Below, piece after piece: positions 1 through 12,569 of a stretch of DNA of 64,000 bases. Numbering within the stretch: the stretch's first letter is position 1; the number at the start of each line of letters is the position of its first letter. Source of the DNA: Eledone cirrhosa. Taxonomy: Eukaryota. Position numbers and translations under genes: made by a program. The stretch lies in NCBI GenBank assembly GCA_964016885.1, contig OZ024741.1, positions 226,424,001-226,488,000 of the forward strand, given 5' to 3'. A model generated the notes under the pieces. That model worked only from the letters and a program-made list of their open reading frames with translations. It was not told where the DNA came from and did no database searches.

Positions 1-104
1 AATGAGAGAGTCTTGTATCTACGTTAGAAACCGACTCTCTCTCTATTAGCAAAAATTTGTGAAATTATAAAACCAGAAGAACATACATACATATATATAT
101 ACAT
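1..104 (+). mobile_element. 3' terminus of an upstream R4/Dong-like element (family A) with (CATA)n/(TA)n tail
   Basis: 1-90 closely matches 1775-1866, the 3' UTR end of the element that follows (GAGAGAGT..TAGAAACCGACTCTCTCTCTATT..GTGAAATTATAAAACCAGAAGAACATACATAC). Confidence 0.85.
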
Positions 105-1866
105 TTATGGACGATCTGAAACTCTATGCCAAGAACATGGATGGGATGAAGAAAAATCTTGACCTGGTTAGAACGTTCTCAAAGGATATAGGAATGGAGT
201 TTGGCCAAGATAAATGCTCATACATGACTGTAAAGCGGGGAAAAACAACAACCCAATCTAGCAACATTGTCATCAATGGCTTTACTGTTTCACCGATATC
301 TGATGAGGACTGCTACAGATACCTGGGGATAGATGAGAACATATCCTATAATGGTATCTGTAATAAACAACGCGTAACCAGGGAATACTACACCCGATTA
401 AGAAAGATCTGGTCATCGGAACTCTCTGCGCAAAACAAAACAGTGGCTCACAATGTGCCTGTCCTAACACCAACGTTTGGAATAATCAATTGGACGATAG
501 ACGAAATCCGAGCAGTTGATGTTGGAACTCGAAAAATACTAAACAACACCGGAAACTTCCACATCAACAGTGACATAGACCGCCTTTACTTGAAACGTAA
601 GCAGGGAGGCAGAGGCCTAACATCAGCCCAGACAACATTTGAATGTCGCATCATATCTCTCCGACAACATCTACGAACCTCGAAGCGTAGGAGCCCGTCT
701 CTCGAGCAAGTCTATGTGCTTGAAACAGATAAGATCATGATAGTTGGGAAGGAACTCCTCGAGAGATATTCCCTGTGTGATAATCAAAAACTCACACCCA
801 GGGAAGTCGCTCAGAAGTATCGCAGTGAATCCATGGATGAAAAACTGCATATTTATCAGCAAAAAATTATGCATGGATATGTTGCCAGAGAGCTCCAGAG
901 TGAGAGTAATATAGATAAGGAAAGTAGTCTATCTTGGACCAACAACCGCTATATTAGCTTCCACTTTGAAGGATACGCTTTTGCAATCCAAGAACAGGAG
1001 ATTAACACGAAATACCTGATTCACAAAAAAGATAGGGATGCAGGCAAAACACCTAGATGTGATAACAAGTGCAGACTCTGCAGAACTAACATCGAGGATA
1101 TAACCCCTGTCATCAGCAGCTGTCCAAAGATGTCATCGCGGTACTATCTACCTATGCGGCATGAAGTAGTGGCCAAAACACTGTACAATGCAGTTCGTAA
1201 AAAAGATAGCCCCGATAATAAACACATTAAAAGCTACAACAATGTGGAAGACATCCATGTACATAATATGAAAGAGTACTGGTGGAATGTTCCAGTAAAA
1301 ACCCCAATAAAATGCAGGCATAACAGACCAGATATTATGCTATGGGACAGGGAGAAGAAAACATGCACAGTAGTGGAAATTAGCTGCCCAGCAGATGCCA
1401 ATATAATATCAAAGATTAGTGAAAAGGAGAATATTTATGCAGAACTGATGAGAAATTTGCAGATACTCCACACTGATTACACCTTCAGATTTATGCCTGT
1501 GATTATTGGGGCACTGGGGTATGTTAGTAACTGCCTCAATACAAATCTTGAGAAGCTATGACTCACAGGCACAGAAAGAACACAACTAGTTAGGAAATTA
1601 CAAGTACAATCCATTAATGGGACAGTAAAAATATGTAAAACATTCCAAAAATGTTGCATCTAATAACTGCATATACACATGTACAGATGTAAAGCATATA
1701 CACATGCACACATACAACTCAAAACATACACATCCACACATACAATAACATCCATATCTACACATGTAAATTCCAATGAGAGAGTTTTGTGTCTATGTTA
1801 GAAACCGACTCTCTCTCTATTGGTAAAACTTTGTGAAATTATAAAACCAGAAGAACATACATACAT
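105..1866 (+). mobile_element. 5'-truncated R4/Dong-clade RLE non-LTR retrotransposon, family A
   Basis: Begins at the RT (F)MDD motif. Contains YRYLG, DRLYL..GGRGL, a CRLC..C zinc knuckle, RH, and the PD-(D/E)xK RLE domain (HNRPDIMLWD..EISCP). The 3' UTR ends in CATACATACAT. Confidence 0.9.
107..1663 (+). pseudogene. RT-RLE ORF fragment of Dong family A, with a premature stop at 1559-1561
   Basis: The ORF track stops at 1561, but the frame continues LTGTERTQLVRKLQVQSINGTVKICKTFQKCCI* to 1663, which resembles the usual R4 C-terminus (..LQ....GT..I). The CCHC His is replaced by Pro. Confidence 0.8.
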
Positions 1867-2085
1867 GTATACGTGTATATGCAAGTGTGTGCATACGTGT
1901 ATATGCAAGTGTGTGTATGTATGTGCCGTATACTCTTAAGTACCTTAAGAGCTTTTGGAGCTAGTTGGGTAAACGGAAGTAGTGTTATTCGTGTTTATAG
2001 GTGAAGTGAGCTTTCGTGATGTAAGCAAAGAGAAATAAGTTAAAGGTGCACTAACTATAAAATGTAAAAGCATGTTGGTCATTAG

Positions 2086-2295
2086 TCGGCGGATTGACAG
2101 AGTCGTTAGAACGTCGGATAATACGCTTTGCGATATACGTTCCGGGTCGCCGCGCTCCCTGAATTCAAATCTCTCCGAGGCTAATTTTGCCTTTCATTCT
2201 TGGGAGGTCAATAAAATAAAGCACTTGTATCAATTTAATCGTCTTTCCCTTACACCAAAATTGCTGGTCTTGTGCCAACATTATAAACCCTTATT
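2086..2295 (+). mobile_element. Diverged tRNA-derived SINE (family N, Nin-like central domain)
   Basis: GGCGGATTGACAGAGTCGTTAGA head, GAATTCAAATC box-B-like motif, TTTGCCTTTCATT..GGTCAATAAAATAAAG central block and TTGCTGGTCTTGTGCC tail, all shared with the other copies. Confidence 0.7.
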
Positions 2296-2501
2296 TTATC
2301 GGCCCTATTGAACAATTATCATAGAATGTGTGTCTAGCTGTGGTATGAAAGAGATTGAGCGTATTACATATAAGCAACTGAATATATTCTTCAACTTTGA
2401 ATAAGAGTTCTGATGGTTTGTAAGAACAATTTCCGCTACTTCTCACCTAAGTTGTCTTAGTATTTGAAATTCTATTCGCAAGACACATACACACATACAC
2501 A

Positions 2502-2536
<35 letters not shown>

Positions 2537-3256
2537 TCACACATACACATACTCACACACACACATATATACTCACACATACACATACTTACACCACACA
2601 CACATACTCACACATACACATACTCACACACACGCACACATACACTCACACACAATTCACACACACACAGCATAACAACAGCATCAAAACAAAACTCCTC
2701 TTCAAATTCCACTCAGCACCTACTCCATCTCAAGACTGTGCAGGTCACACCATGCAGCAACTGTACATGTTATGGTAAGTCCGGTCAACTAGGTCTCGCT
2801 ATAACTCACAAAGACTCTGCTCTTGGGACACTACTATCCTCGCGAAGTTTTTCAGTCTTCTACTTTCACATACACACTTGTTCTTTCTTTCTCTTCCATT
2901 TTCTCCGACTGCGTGTATTTAGTCCAATCACTGGAAACGTAAAACCCTGCGTCATATCCATAAGTAGGACAACATCACTGATCCTGTTGTTCTCACTTTC
3001 ATTATATCGGGTTGGGTATAAACTTAAATGATAATCACCCTAATCATCTTCAATCTATAATGTTCCCCTGCATGACTCTCGTAGATCTTGATTTACAAGA
3101 GACTTGTTTCCAAGTCACACACCAATAGTATCTATTCATTGAGAATTGCAATGGAGAAGAGGCGGGCTCCACCATGTTTAAAGGGCCCCAGAAACGCCGT
3201 ATGTCGATATGTCCCGCCTACGACTTCCTCAGTCTAAGAAGAAGAATATTGTTTCA

Positions 3257-3405
3257 AGCGGGTGATTACGAATGTCGTTAGGATACCAGATAGAATGATT
3301 TACAATATTCGTTTCAGTCCTCTACCTTTGCGTTAAAACTCCCCGTTTCCCAGATTAACTTTGCTTTTCATCCTTCCGAGGTCAATACGAAGTACCAGCC
3401 CGGTA
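3257..3405 (+). mobile_element. Highly diverged family N SINE fragment
   Basis: TTAACTTTGCTTTTCATCCTTCCGAGGTCAATACGAAGTACCAG block. Confidence 0.55.
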
Positions 3406-3439
3406 CCGCGGTCGTTTCTTTCTCTATATCACTTTCTCA

Positions 3440-3565
3440 CTTCCTCTGGCTCTTTTTCTTTGGAAGAGATCAGCTGTGTTCAGACCTGGAGATGGGATGT
3501 CTCTGCCAAGTTCAAAGTGCCCAAGAATGGTGACCCTATGACTCCATCAAGAGTTACATACATAC
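3440..3565 (+). repeat. Interspersed repeat 3' end with CATA tail; second copy at ~45575-45710
   Basis: Both loci share CTGTGTTCAGAC..GAG..GGGAT..GCCA..AAAGTG(C/T)CCA..ATGAC..AAGAGTTACA..CATACATAC. Confidence 0.55.
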
Positions 3566-4203
3566 AATATTGTTTCGCTTAGTTGAAATCATCAAGGCCC
3601 TTATGATGGGTCTCGCCTGAACATTTACAAATTAAGCTGACTGTCTCTGTACTTGATTCCATTCTTCTCTCCTGAACCAATATTTCTCACATATCTCCAA
3701 TATAGACTATTTATACAGAATAAACAGACTCTCTCTCATCTACATTCTGTTAACTATCGTAAGTCATGATCGTGCGAATTCGATTCATATACACTTCTTT
3801 ACATACTTATTTCTAAGCCGTCGAAATCCCGCTCTTCTTAATTATTCTCTCACAGGCGTCATTCACGGGTACTGTAGATACATTACTCCAGTTATAATTT
3901 CCTTAAATGAAGATACTGAAAACATTGCCATGTTCCCACATATACAAAACAGTTTTGTTTCATTCAATAGCACTAAGAATCAATCATTACTCATATCAAT
4001 GCAACATATCTACAATACTAACTACACTTTCCTTGCTTTTGATAACTAAAACATTTAGAAATCTTACAAACTCTAAGTTTCACAGCCCCTGAATATTATC
4101 ATGCAAATATAACACAGCTAAAACTGTATCTGAAATGTCTTTCCTTTTAAGAACTAATATGATCCAGTGCTAAATAGTTACTGATAAAGGTGACCTACAA
4201 CAT

Positions 4204-5448
4204 ATTTCTAATTTAGGCAAAGACAACAATTTTAGGGGAGGGAAAATTCGATTAAATCGACCCCAGTGTATTACTGGTACTTTATTTTATCGACCCCGTA
4301 AAGATGAAAGGCAAAGCTAACCTCGGCCTGGTTTGAACTCAGAACGTAAAGGACTCTATGCCAAAAAGCATGCTGTCCGACGCTCTTCCGATTCTGCCAA
4401 TCCACCGCCCAATAATTGTTTCTACGTTAGGCACAAGGCCAGCAATTACCAAGTGTATTACTGGTACTTTATTTTATCGACCCCGTAAGGATGAAAGGCA
4501 AAGTTAACCTCGGCGGGATTTGAACTCAGAATGGCAAGGGCCGTAACTCTATGCGTCAAAGCATGGCGTCAGACCCTCTACCAATACTGCCAATCCACTG
4601 CCCAATAATGATTTCTAATTGAGGCAATTTGGGGGAGGTGAAAGTCTAAAAACTATATTGTTTAATGCAGACTGTCTCTCTACGGTATTTATTCTCTAAA
4701 CACTGTTATTTATTTTATATATTTCTGATACATGAACATCAAAATTCTCCTCTGCAGGATTTGATTTAAATCACAAAAAAAAAAAAAAGAAAAAAGTTTT
4801 TTAGTCGGCTGTCCTCTTCACTGACATTTGACTATTTTTAATAATTGTTTCTACTTTTTGGCACAAGCCAGCAATTACCCAGTACATTACTGGTACTTTA
4901 TTTTATCGACCCGTAAGGATGAAAGGCAAAGTTAACCTCGGCGGGATTTGAACTCAGATAATAAATGGCCGTAACTCTATACTGCAAAGCATGGCATCCA
5001 ACCCTCTACCGATATTGCCAATCCACCATTTTTATCAATAATATCTCATTTAGAAATATACCCAGTAAATTGGGAGAAGGGAATACCGATTAAATCGACC
5101 GCAATATTTTATTTCATTGACCCCAGAACAATGAAAGGGAAAATTGACCTCAGCGAAATTTGAACTCAAAATGTAGAAAGTTGTAACGAAATACTGCAAA
5201 ACATTTCATCCAACACGCTAACACATTCTGCTAATCCACCGCCCTAAGCTACATGAAAATAATTGTTTCTACTTTAGGCACAAGGCCAGTAATTACCCAG
5301 TGCATTACTGGTACTTTATTTTATCGACCCCGTAAGGATGAAAGGCAAAGTCAACCTCGGCGGGATTTGAACTCAGATCGTAAAGGGACGTAACTATGCT
5401 GGAAAGCATGGCGTCCGATCCTCTACCGATACTGCCAATCCACCGCCC
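4204..5448 (-). mobile_element. Cluster of five head-to-tail family N tRNA-SINEs
   Basis: Copies at ~4204-4410, 4411-4602, 4839-5027, 5040-5245 and 5259-5448. Each has the reverse complement of GGCGGTGGATTGGCAG..GAGTTCAAATCCCGCCGAGGTTAACTTTGCCTTTCATCC..GGGGTCGATAAAATAAAGTACCAG..AGAAACAATTATT. The last copy has an 18-bp TSD. Confidence 0.9.
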
Positions 5449-6099
5449 TACAAGCTACATGAAAATAATGATCACATTCCTATAATGGAGTAATTGCTAT
5501 ACATACAACCGTTCTAGATCGGATCCATGAACAAAATTGCTATCAGGTCGATTAGCAAAGGGCAATCCACTTCTAACATGTCAAGACTACGTGTTTACCG
5601 ACATGATGTGTCACCACTGAAACCCGTTTGATACACATCTTTCCTCCAGCTACCCATATCGTATCACAACATAAAACCCTGTATGAAATGTTTGTCTGTA
5701 GGCACTCATTTCTTCATTCAATATACAGCAAAAAAGACAAAAAACAAAAATCTACTATCTGATGTATAAATCGCTCTGGGATGCTTGAAGTTATGTCAAT
5801 GAAAAACCACTTATCTAGATGAAATCATATTTAAGGCTTAGAACATTAAATAAATATACACTAAATGACAAAAATCAATATTTTGTGGTTCTCCAGGAGA
5901 CAACTCCATGCGCATTTCGGTTTTTATTGAATGCTCATTAGCGAAAGTGGTCCCTCACTTAATTAGCCGGAGTACTAATAAGGTACACGTAGGCATACCT
6001 TATAGTCGAAAGTCTGTTTTAAGCCAGAAGGCTCATTTGGCCAGTGCTTTTTCCGGTTTCATGGCGTGAAGTGACTAAGAGTGAAGGACCCCTCGCTTT

Positions 6100-6373
6100 T
6101 CTCAGGGCATACTTCTAGGAGAAGGCATCTCAGGAAACTGGGAGAATTCCGATATAAAACCTGCGGCTCAGTAGTTACCGATGATGTTGATTTTTTTTGT
6201 CTTTTCGGGTTATAGCTACTGTCGCTCAGAGAGTGGGATTGGCTCAGTGCACAGTCGTTCCTCACTTTAAAAAATATCTTTACGCACAAGCATTGCACGA
6301 TAGAATTAATTAATAATTATTAATAATGGTATATCGTGCAATGGCCATACTCGATAACGAGGGAGCAGCCATC
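6100..6373 (+). mobile_element. RTE-derived bipartite non-autonomous element (family R1)
   Basis: RTE-type 5'-UTR block (TCTAGGAGAAGG..GATATAAAACCTGC..GAGAGTGGGATTGGC..CCTCACT..GCACAAGCATTGC) fused to the 3' end GTGCAATGGCCATACTCGATAACGAGGGAGCAGCCATC. That 3' end is nearly identical to the RTE terminus at 32498-32535. (TATG)n tail. Confidence 0.7.
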
Positions 6374-6427
6374 ATGTATGTATGTATGTATGTATGGATG
6401 GATGGATGGATGGATGGATGGATGGAT

Positions 6428-6802
6428 GCGGAGGAACTCAGGAGAGTCAACGGCCATTGAATAATGTTTTTGTGTGGAGCGAAAGACTCCTAATCTTCAT
6501 TAAGACATCTCTCTAGAAGGTCACTCTGATATAAAACCTGTGACTTCGGTTGCCTCCAATAATGTAGATCAGTTCTTCTTTTGGGGAAAATGCATTCGAT
6601 GTTCATAGAGTGGGATTGGTCCCGTGAAAAGCCTTTCCTCACTTAAAAAAGCACAGGCATTGCTTGATATGTTCATTGAAAATTGACATTTTCTGCGATA
6701 CTTGGTATTGCTGGCCATGGGCAATCCCCTAGCCACGTCCGTGATGCTCATGCTTAAGTATCAAGCGATCGCATTATTCGAAATCGAATTGCAGCTGCCA
6801 TC
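6428..6802 (+). mobile_element. RTE-derived bipartite non-autonomous element (family R2)
   Basis: Same 5'-UTR block (CTCTGATATAAAACCTG..AGAGTGGGATTGG..CCTCACTTAAAAAAGCACAGGCATTGC). Terminus GCAGCTGCCATC-ATAT, followed by (TG)n. Confidence 0.6.
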
Positions 6803-6813
6803 ATATATGTACG

Positions 6814-6913
<100 letters not shown>

Positions 6914-7909
6914 TTTGGTTGCTGTTTTTCCAGCCGTGAGAATTTGTCTTTTCTCCAGACATATTGTAAACAGGACTACATTTTACAATATGTCTTTCAA
7001 CACTTTAAAACCAGAGGATGGGGAGATGGGCCAGTTGGCATGAGGCTACGACGATTTTGAGATGGAGGTTGGGTTATACACCTCAAGTTCTAGTTCTTTT
7101 ATTATATTTTATTACACGTAAGTACATAGAGTACACTATATGTACATGTATATACCCGTAAATCTAAACATAAACCATACGTATATATTTAGCACTGATT
7201 ATTACGGGGTCGATAAAATAAAGTACCAGTAATGCACTGGATAATTGCTGGCCTTGTGCCTAAAGTAGAAACAATTATTAAAACACTTAATGAGCAATTG
7301 GAAATAGTCTATGTGTGTGTATATGTCTGTCTGCTTCCTACACCTCTCTCTCTCTCTCGCAGTCCCCTCTCACACACTCACTCCTCACTCCCTCAGTCAC
7401 CCATCTCTCCCTCAGCCACACTTCTCTCCCTCAGCCACACTTTTCTCCCTCAGCCACCCTCTCTTCTTCAGTCTCCCCATCTCTCTCTTGGTACCTACAT
7501 TTCCCATTTGGCTTGGATCAACTACCATTCTTAGAGAGTCTGCATTTTACATTTGGTCTCGGCTTATTAACTTTTCACAAGCCTAGGATGAGGCTGCATG
7601 ATTTCATAGAGATAACTGTGCAGAAAATCCGTAGTTGGTTGGCTTGCATACGTGTGGTTCGATTTATGTACGTATGTGTATAAGAGAGAGAATGATGAGG
7701 AAGAATAAAGGTAGAGGGTAGAGGGTAGAAGTATCTGTTACGTAAGAGTAGAATGATTATTGTTTGAGTGTACAGGGAGACCAATTTGGAAGTGAGTGAG
7801 AGATCAACCAAAAACCTATCAACTTCTGCATATAAGAGGTTAAATATAGACAGAAATGAAACGAGTACAGCGTTAGCTATATTTGGATACTGGGAACTAA
7901 CATATTGTT

Positions 7910-8400
7910 ATAGATGCGTCTACATGGGTTTACAGTGAGAACTGTAAGCCTGACTGCCTCTACAAAGGTTTACAGTGATAATTATAGGGCTGACTGCCTG
8001 TACAAGGGGTTATAGTGAGAATTGTAGGGCTGACTGCCTGCACAAGTGGTTATAGTGAGAATTGTAGGCTGATTGCCTGTATATGGGGTTATAGTAGAAT
8101 TGTTGAGCTGAATGCCTGTACAAAGGGTTACAGTGAGAATTGTAGGGCTGACTTCCTGTACAAGGGGTTATAATGAGAATTGTAGGGCTGATTGCCTGTA
8201 CATGGAGTTATAGTGAGAATTGTTGAACTGAATGCCTGTACAAAGGGCTACAGTGAAAATGGTAGGGCTGACGCTTGTACAAAGGTTATAATAAGAATTT
8301 TAAGGCTGATTGCTTGTAAAAAGGGCTATAGTGAGAATTGTAGATACTGTACGGCTGACTGCCTCTACATGGGGTTGCAGTGAGAATTATAGGGCTGAGA
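7910..8400. repeat. 40-bp minisatellite, about 12 copies
   Basis: Unit approximately AGTGAGAATTGTAGGGCTGACTGCCTGTACAAGGGGTTAT, repeated in tandem with divergence. Confidence 0.9.
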
Positions 8401-8752
8401 GTTATCGCTCAGCTCCCTTCATTTGCCTTATACAGTAATGTTATACACACAGTAAAAGACCCCTCTCACTCTGTCTATGTATCTATGTTTATGCCTGTGT
8501 CTGTATGTCTGAATATGTGTCTCACTGTGCGTCTGTGTGCGTGTATGTGTGTCGGTGTATTTATCTGTTGGTGTGTCTGTGTATCTCTGTGTTAGGGTGT
8601 CTCTCTGTCTGTATTTTCGCCTGTATATGTATCAGTCTGTGTGTATGTCTTTCTGTGTCTGTATGTGTGTGCCTTTTCGTCTGTGTATATATCAGTCTGC
8701 TGTGTGTATGCCGGTTTTTCTGTGCCTGTCTGTGTGCGTGTCAATCTTTGAG

Positions 8753-8846
<94 letters not shown>

Positions 8847-9380
8847 CCCTCTCGCACGCTCAGACACTCATGTTTTCCTTTCTCCTCTTTCCAACACTGT
8901 CATACTCTCTTTTCCATAGACACCTCATCTCTTCCTCTTTCTTCTATCTATCATTTCTATCCACTTCTTCTCTTCCCCTACCATCTCACACGCCTCCTCT
9001 ATGCCTCCATTCTTTTTATATTAGCTTCTTTCTGTTGCATATTCTCCTCCACTCTCTCCCTCTCTTACTTATTCTCTTAATTTCTCTCTGCCTCTTGTAT
9101 AGCATATCTTCCTCCCCCCTCTCTCTCTCTCCCCCTCCCCTATGTCTCCGTCTTAGCAGATATATATAACGCTTTCTCTCCATCAAACGTACACATATAG
9201 CCACAAAATACAACACACACATACACGCAAATACACATATTTACACATAACACACATACGCACACATGTAACACATACATACACACACATACACAATACA
9301 TACGCAACACACACACACACTACACACTATACGCGCACAACAAATACACACATACACATAGTAACATGAGTACATCACAC

Positions 9381-9475
9381 TTTAAACACACACTATCACC
9401 ATCATCATTCATATCACCACTACCATATAAACATTACAAAACCACAACACAAACACACATACACAAATACACACG

Positions 9476-9513
<38 letters not shown>

Positions 9514-9751
9514 TATATACATATAAACACACACTATCACCATCATCATTCATATCACCACTACCATATAAACACTACAAAACCACAACACAAACACACA
9601 TACACAAATACACACGCACACACACACACACACACACACATATATACATATAAACACACACTATCACCATCATCATTCATATCACCACTACCATATAAAC
9701 ACTACAAAACCACAACACAAACACACATACACAAATGCACACACACACACA

Positions 9752-9825
<74 letters not shown>

Positions 9826-9900
9826 CTTATAAACACACACCACCGTTTATACTACACAACCAAAAACTACCACCTTAGTCGCTGCTACATAAACACTACA
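9381..9900. repeat. Tandem repeat of a ~125-180 bp unit containing a variable (CA)n tract, 3 copies plus a partial
   Basis: TAAACACACACTATCACCATCATCATTCATATCACCACTACCATATAAACACTACAAAACCACAACAC recurs at ~9383, 9524 and 9651. Confidence 0.85.
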
Positions 9901-9994
9901 AAATTACAAATGCATAAGCACACACACACACTCACACACACACACACAAACACACTCCCTCTCACACACACACATGCTACCAACTAACATGTGA

Positions 9995-10980
9995 GACTCT
10001 GCGTGGTTATGCGACCTACTAAATGTAGCAGCTAAGTATCCCTCGAATCGCACTCTAACGTTTTAGAAAAAAGGATGGTCGTAGAGGGATTGTCATTGAC
10101 CATAAGTCTGCTTATGTTGACATGTAGTCAAATAGAAATACACATCACTCTTTACTCAGTAGATACATATTCCATACAAAGATTATCGCACATACATCCA
10201 TTCACACATATAAACACAAACACGGTATCTCACACCTACACCCACCCCTACACATCTTCTCATGTGCACACCCACGCTATCACATGTGCATACTCCTACA
10301 AACCGACTCCTAGACATTTATACATCATCAAATATGGATTTAAACAAGGAAGGACATACTACATAAATACATTTTGACTATATACATAAATAGTAATCAT
10401 ATTAGAGGCAGCGACGAAGACTCTACGCAACAGCTCTATCTGTTAGAAATAACAGCAAAATGTACTTTATTTCATCCTATGCCATCAAGCTCTGATTCTA
10501 TGAGACAAAAACGCCCATTTGAAAGGGTTTCTGTTTAAATTTAAATATTCTAACGTGATATTATGTAAGAACCATTTGCTAAGTTACGTTAAATATAACA
10601 TAATTACACAATGATTTTAGTAAATACCTCTAAGTTCTTCATTAATTAAAACAATGCATATTTCTAAATAAAAACAGTGATAAAAGGGTTAAAAGGACGG
10701 GCTAGTTTGAAAATAAAATTAGATCGTAGCCGTAGCTGAAACTCGATCAAACTAAATCTAGTGTTAAAATATTGAGCCAACAAAGGAGACTGTAGATGGT
10801 TGTTTGTCCTGATAGAAATAACAAATAAGTTTCCCTTAATTCACACCCATCTATCTTAAAGAAAGGACGAATAGATATACTTCGAAAAGGGAGAAATGGT
10901 CACTGCTGGAATGCATTCGATCGTAAATCAACCCAACCAGGAATAATTTGGGGCTAAACAATTATGTTGCTAATATCGAT
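9995..10980 (+). repeat. Three diverged copies of an interspersed repeat (~9995-10130, 10410-10485, 10785-10980)
   Basis: Shared GACTCT/GACTGT..CCT(A/G)(C/T)TAGAAATA(A/G)CAGC.AA..CCCT..AATC.CAC.CTA..TTTA.AAAAAGGA block. Confidence 0.5.
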
Positions 10981-11269
10981 AACACTGAAATTTCAATAGA
11001 TCTTCAAATCTTCAAATCAGTTATTTGTCATCATCGCCGCTGCCACCACCACCACCACTACCACCACCACCAATACCACCACTACCACCACCACCACTAC
11101 CATCATCCTGATTATCATCATCACCATCATCAATTAACGCCCGTTTTTCTTTCCCACGAGGGTTGGACGGTGTCGATGCAGTATGTGTTAAAATTACACC
11201 ACCTATTACCCAGGCCATACAGAAACAACGTCTCATTTTTTTTATTGCAATAAAGAACCAATGTCTTCA

Positions 11270-11700
11270 TCTTATGACATTGCCGAAATCCTAATCGAAT
11301 ATCCTAATCACTACTTGGCTGGCATTGGTCTTCGGAAGGACAGCAAAACATGGATTTGAACTGGAATAAGAAGCAGAACATATTTCATCGGGAAGAAGAC
11401 CGAAGCCTACAGGAGAAGGTTTACAGCTGAGAGGAACGAACAATTCTCCAGAGCGTAAAAAATATAATAGTTACTGGCACACCAGCTTTGTGTGGTGTCT
11501 GCATGGAGATGTTTGTGACAGTAGGAGCTCAAAGAACCCAGATATCTCGTGTTATCGTCATTGTTGATAGAGGGATTGATAATGTTAAAAGAACCGAATT
11601 CCTTCTGATATTCAGTAACAGCTGATGAAAGGAGTATTCGACACCACAAGCTATATTTACACACACGAAAAATCTATAACTATCTCAACACTTTCTTTGT
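11270..11700 (-). mobile_element. Possible decayed CR1/L2-type LINE fragment
   Basis: Minus-strand translation gives FNIINPSINNDDNTRYLGS (thumb YLG), then frameshifted segments resembling the post-RT region of CR1/L2. Weak. Confidence 0.35.
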
Positions 11701-11921
11701 TAAACTGTTGAAGCTCTTATGTATTCTCTGATAGTTACCCGCCTGTCCATTCTACATAGGTATTACGGTGTATGAACACATCTATATGATATGCTCCAAA
11801 GCTAATTTCCATACGTGATCTTAGCTGTTGTAAAGCAATTCCATAGGTAGCTAAATCGATAATTCACATTGGACTGTATGTAAAAAAAAAAATCGATTTA
11901 AATTCTCTACTATATATAATA

Positions 11922-12521
11922 CTAGCAGTGGTACCCGGCGTTGCACGGGTTAAAGTATTTTAGAACACGGGCCGCCAAAAGACCTATTCGTGGAAAAACG
12001 GCATACCTCGAGAATATGTAAAGAAAATAAACCGAATACTCTGATGGCTGGATAATCTTTAAGATTTTCCTCGATGAAGCTGGAAAAATGCAGGTTTTCA
12101 CCTAATGCGGGCCCTAGGAGATCAAGAAAATGAATTTTTTTTATGTGCATAATATGCCTTGAAATTTCGGGAAAATCGGCTAGACGTAACGCCTCAAAAA
12201 AGCCCTAAAAAGCTAAAAAATGAAGTTTTTCACCTAATGCAGACCCTAGGCCATAAAAGAGTTGGATTTTCTTTGCTCCCGGTATGAAGAAAAGACTGAC
12301 TAATACATAGTTACAATTTCAAGGAAATCGGTCTCACGTAACGCCTCAAAAAAACCCTAAAAACCTGAATAAAGGCAGTTTTTCACCAAATACGAGCCCT
12401 AGGAGATCAAAAAGTTTATTTTTTTATGTGCATAACACTCCCTGAAGCATAAGTAATACACATGTAAAATTTGAAAAAAGTTGGTTGGGTACTTCTCGAG
12501 TTTTAGGGATTCAAACTCACA

Positions 12522-12569
<48 letters not shown>

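Noticed and set aside
1559-1561. In-frame TGA in Dong A as selenocysteine or readthrough
   Set aside because: Context (LEKL*LTG) fits a single GGA>TGA substitution in a truncated dead copy; no SECIS was recognised.
2738-2781. Small Cys-containing exon ending in GTAAGT
   Set aside because: Only a donor-like motif; weak acceptor and no recognisable homology or partner exons.
7910-8400. CRISPR array
   Set aside because: Contiguous tandem units without unique spacers; eukaryotic context, no cas genes.
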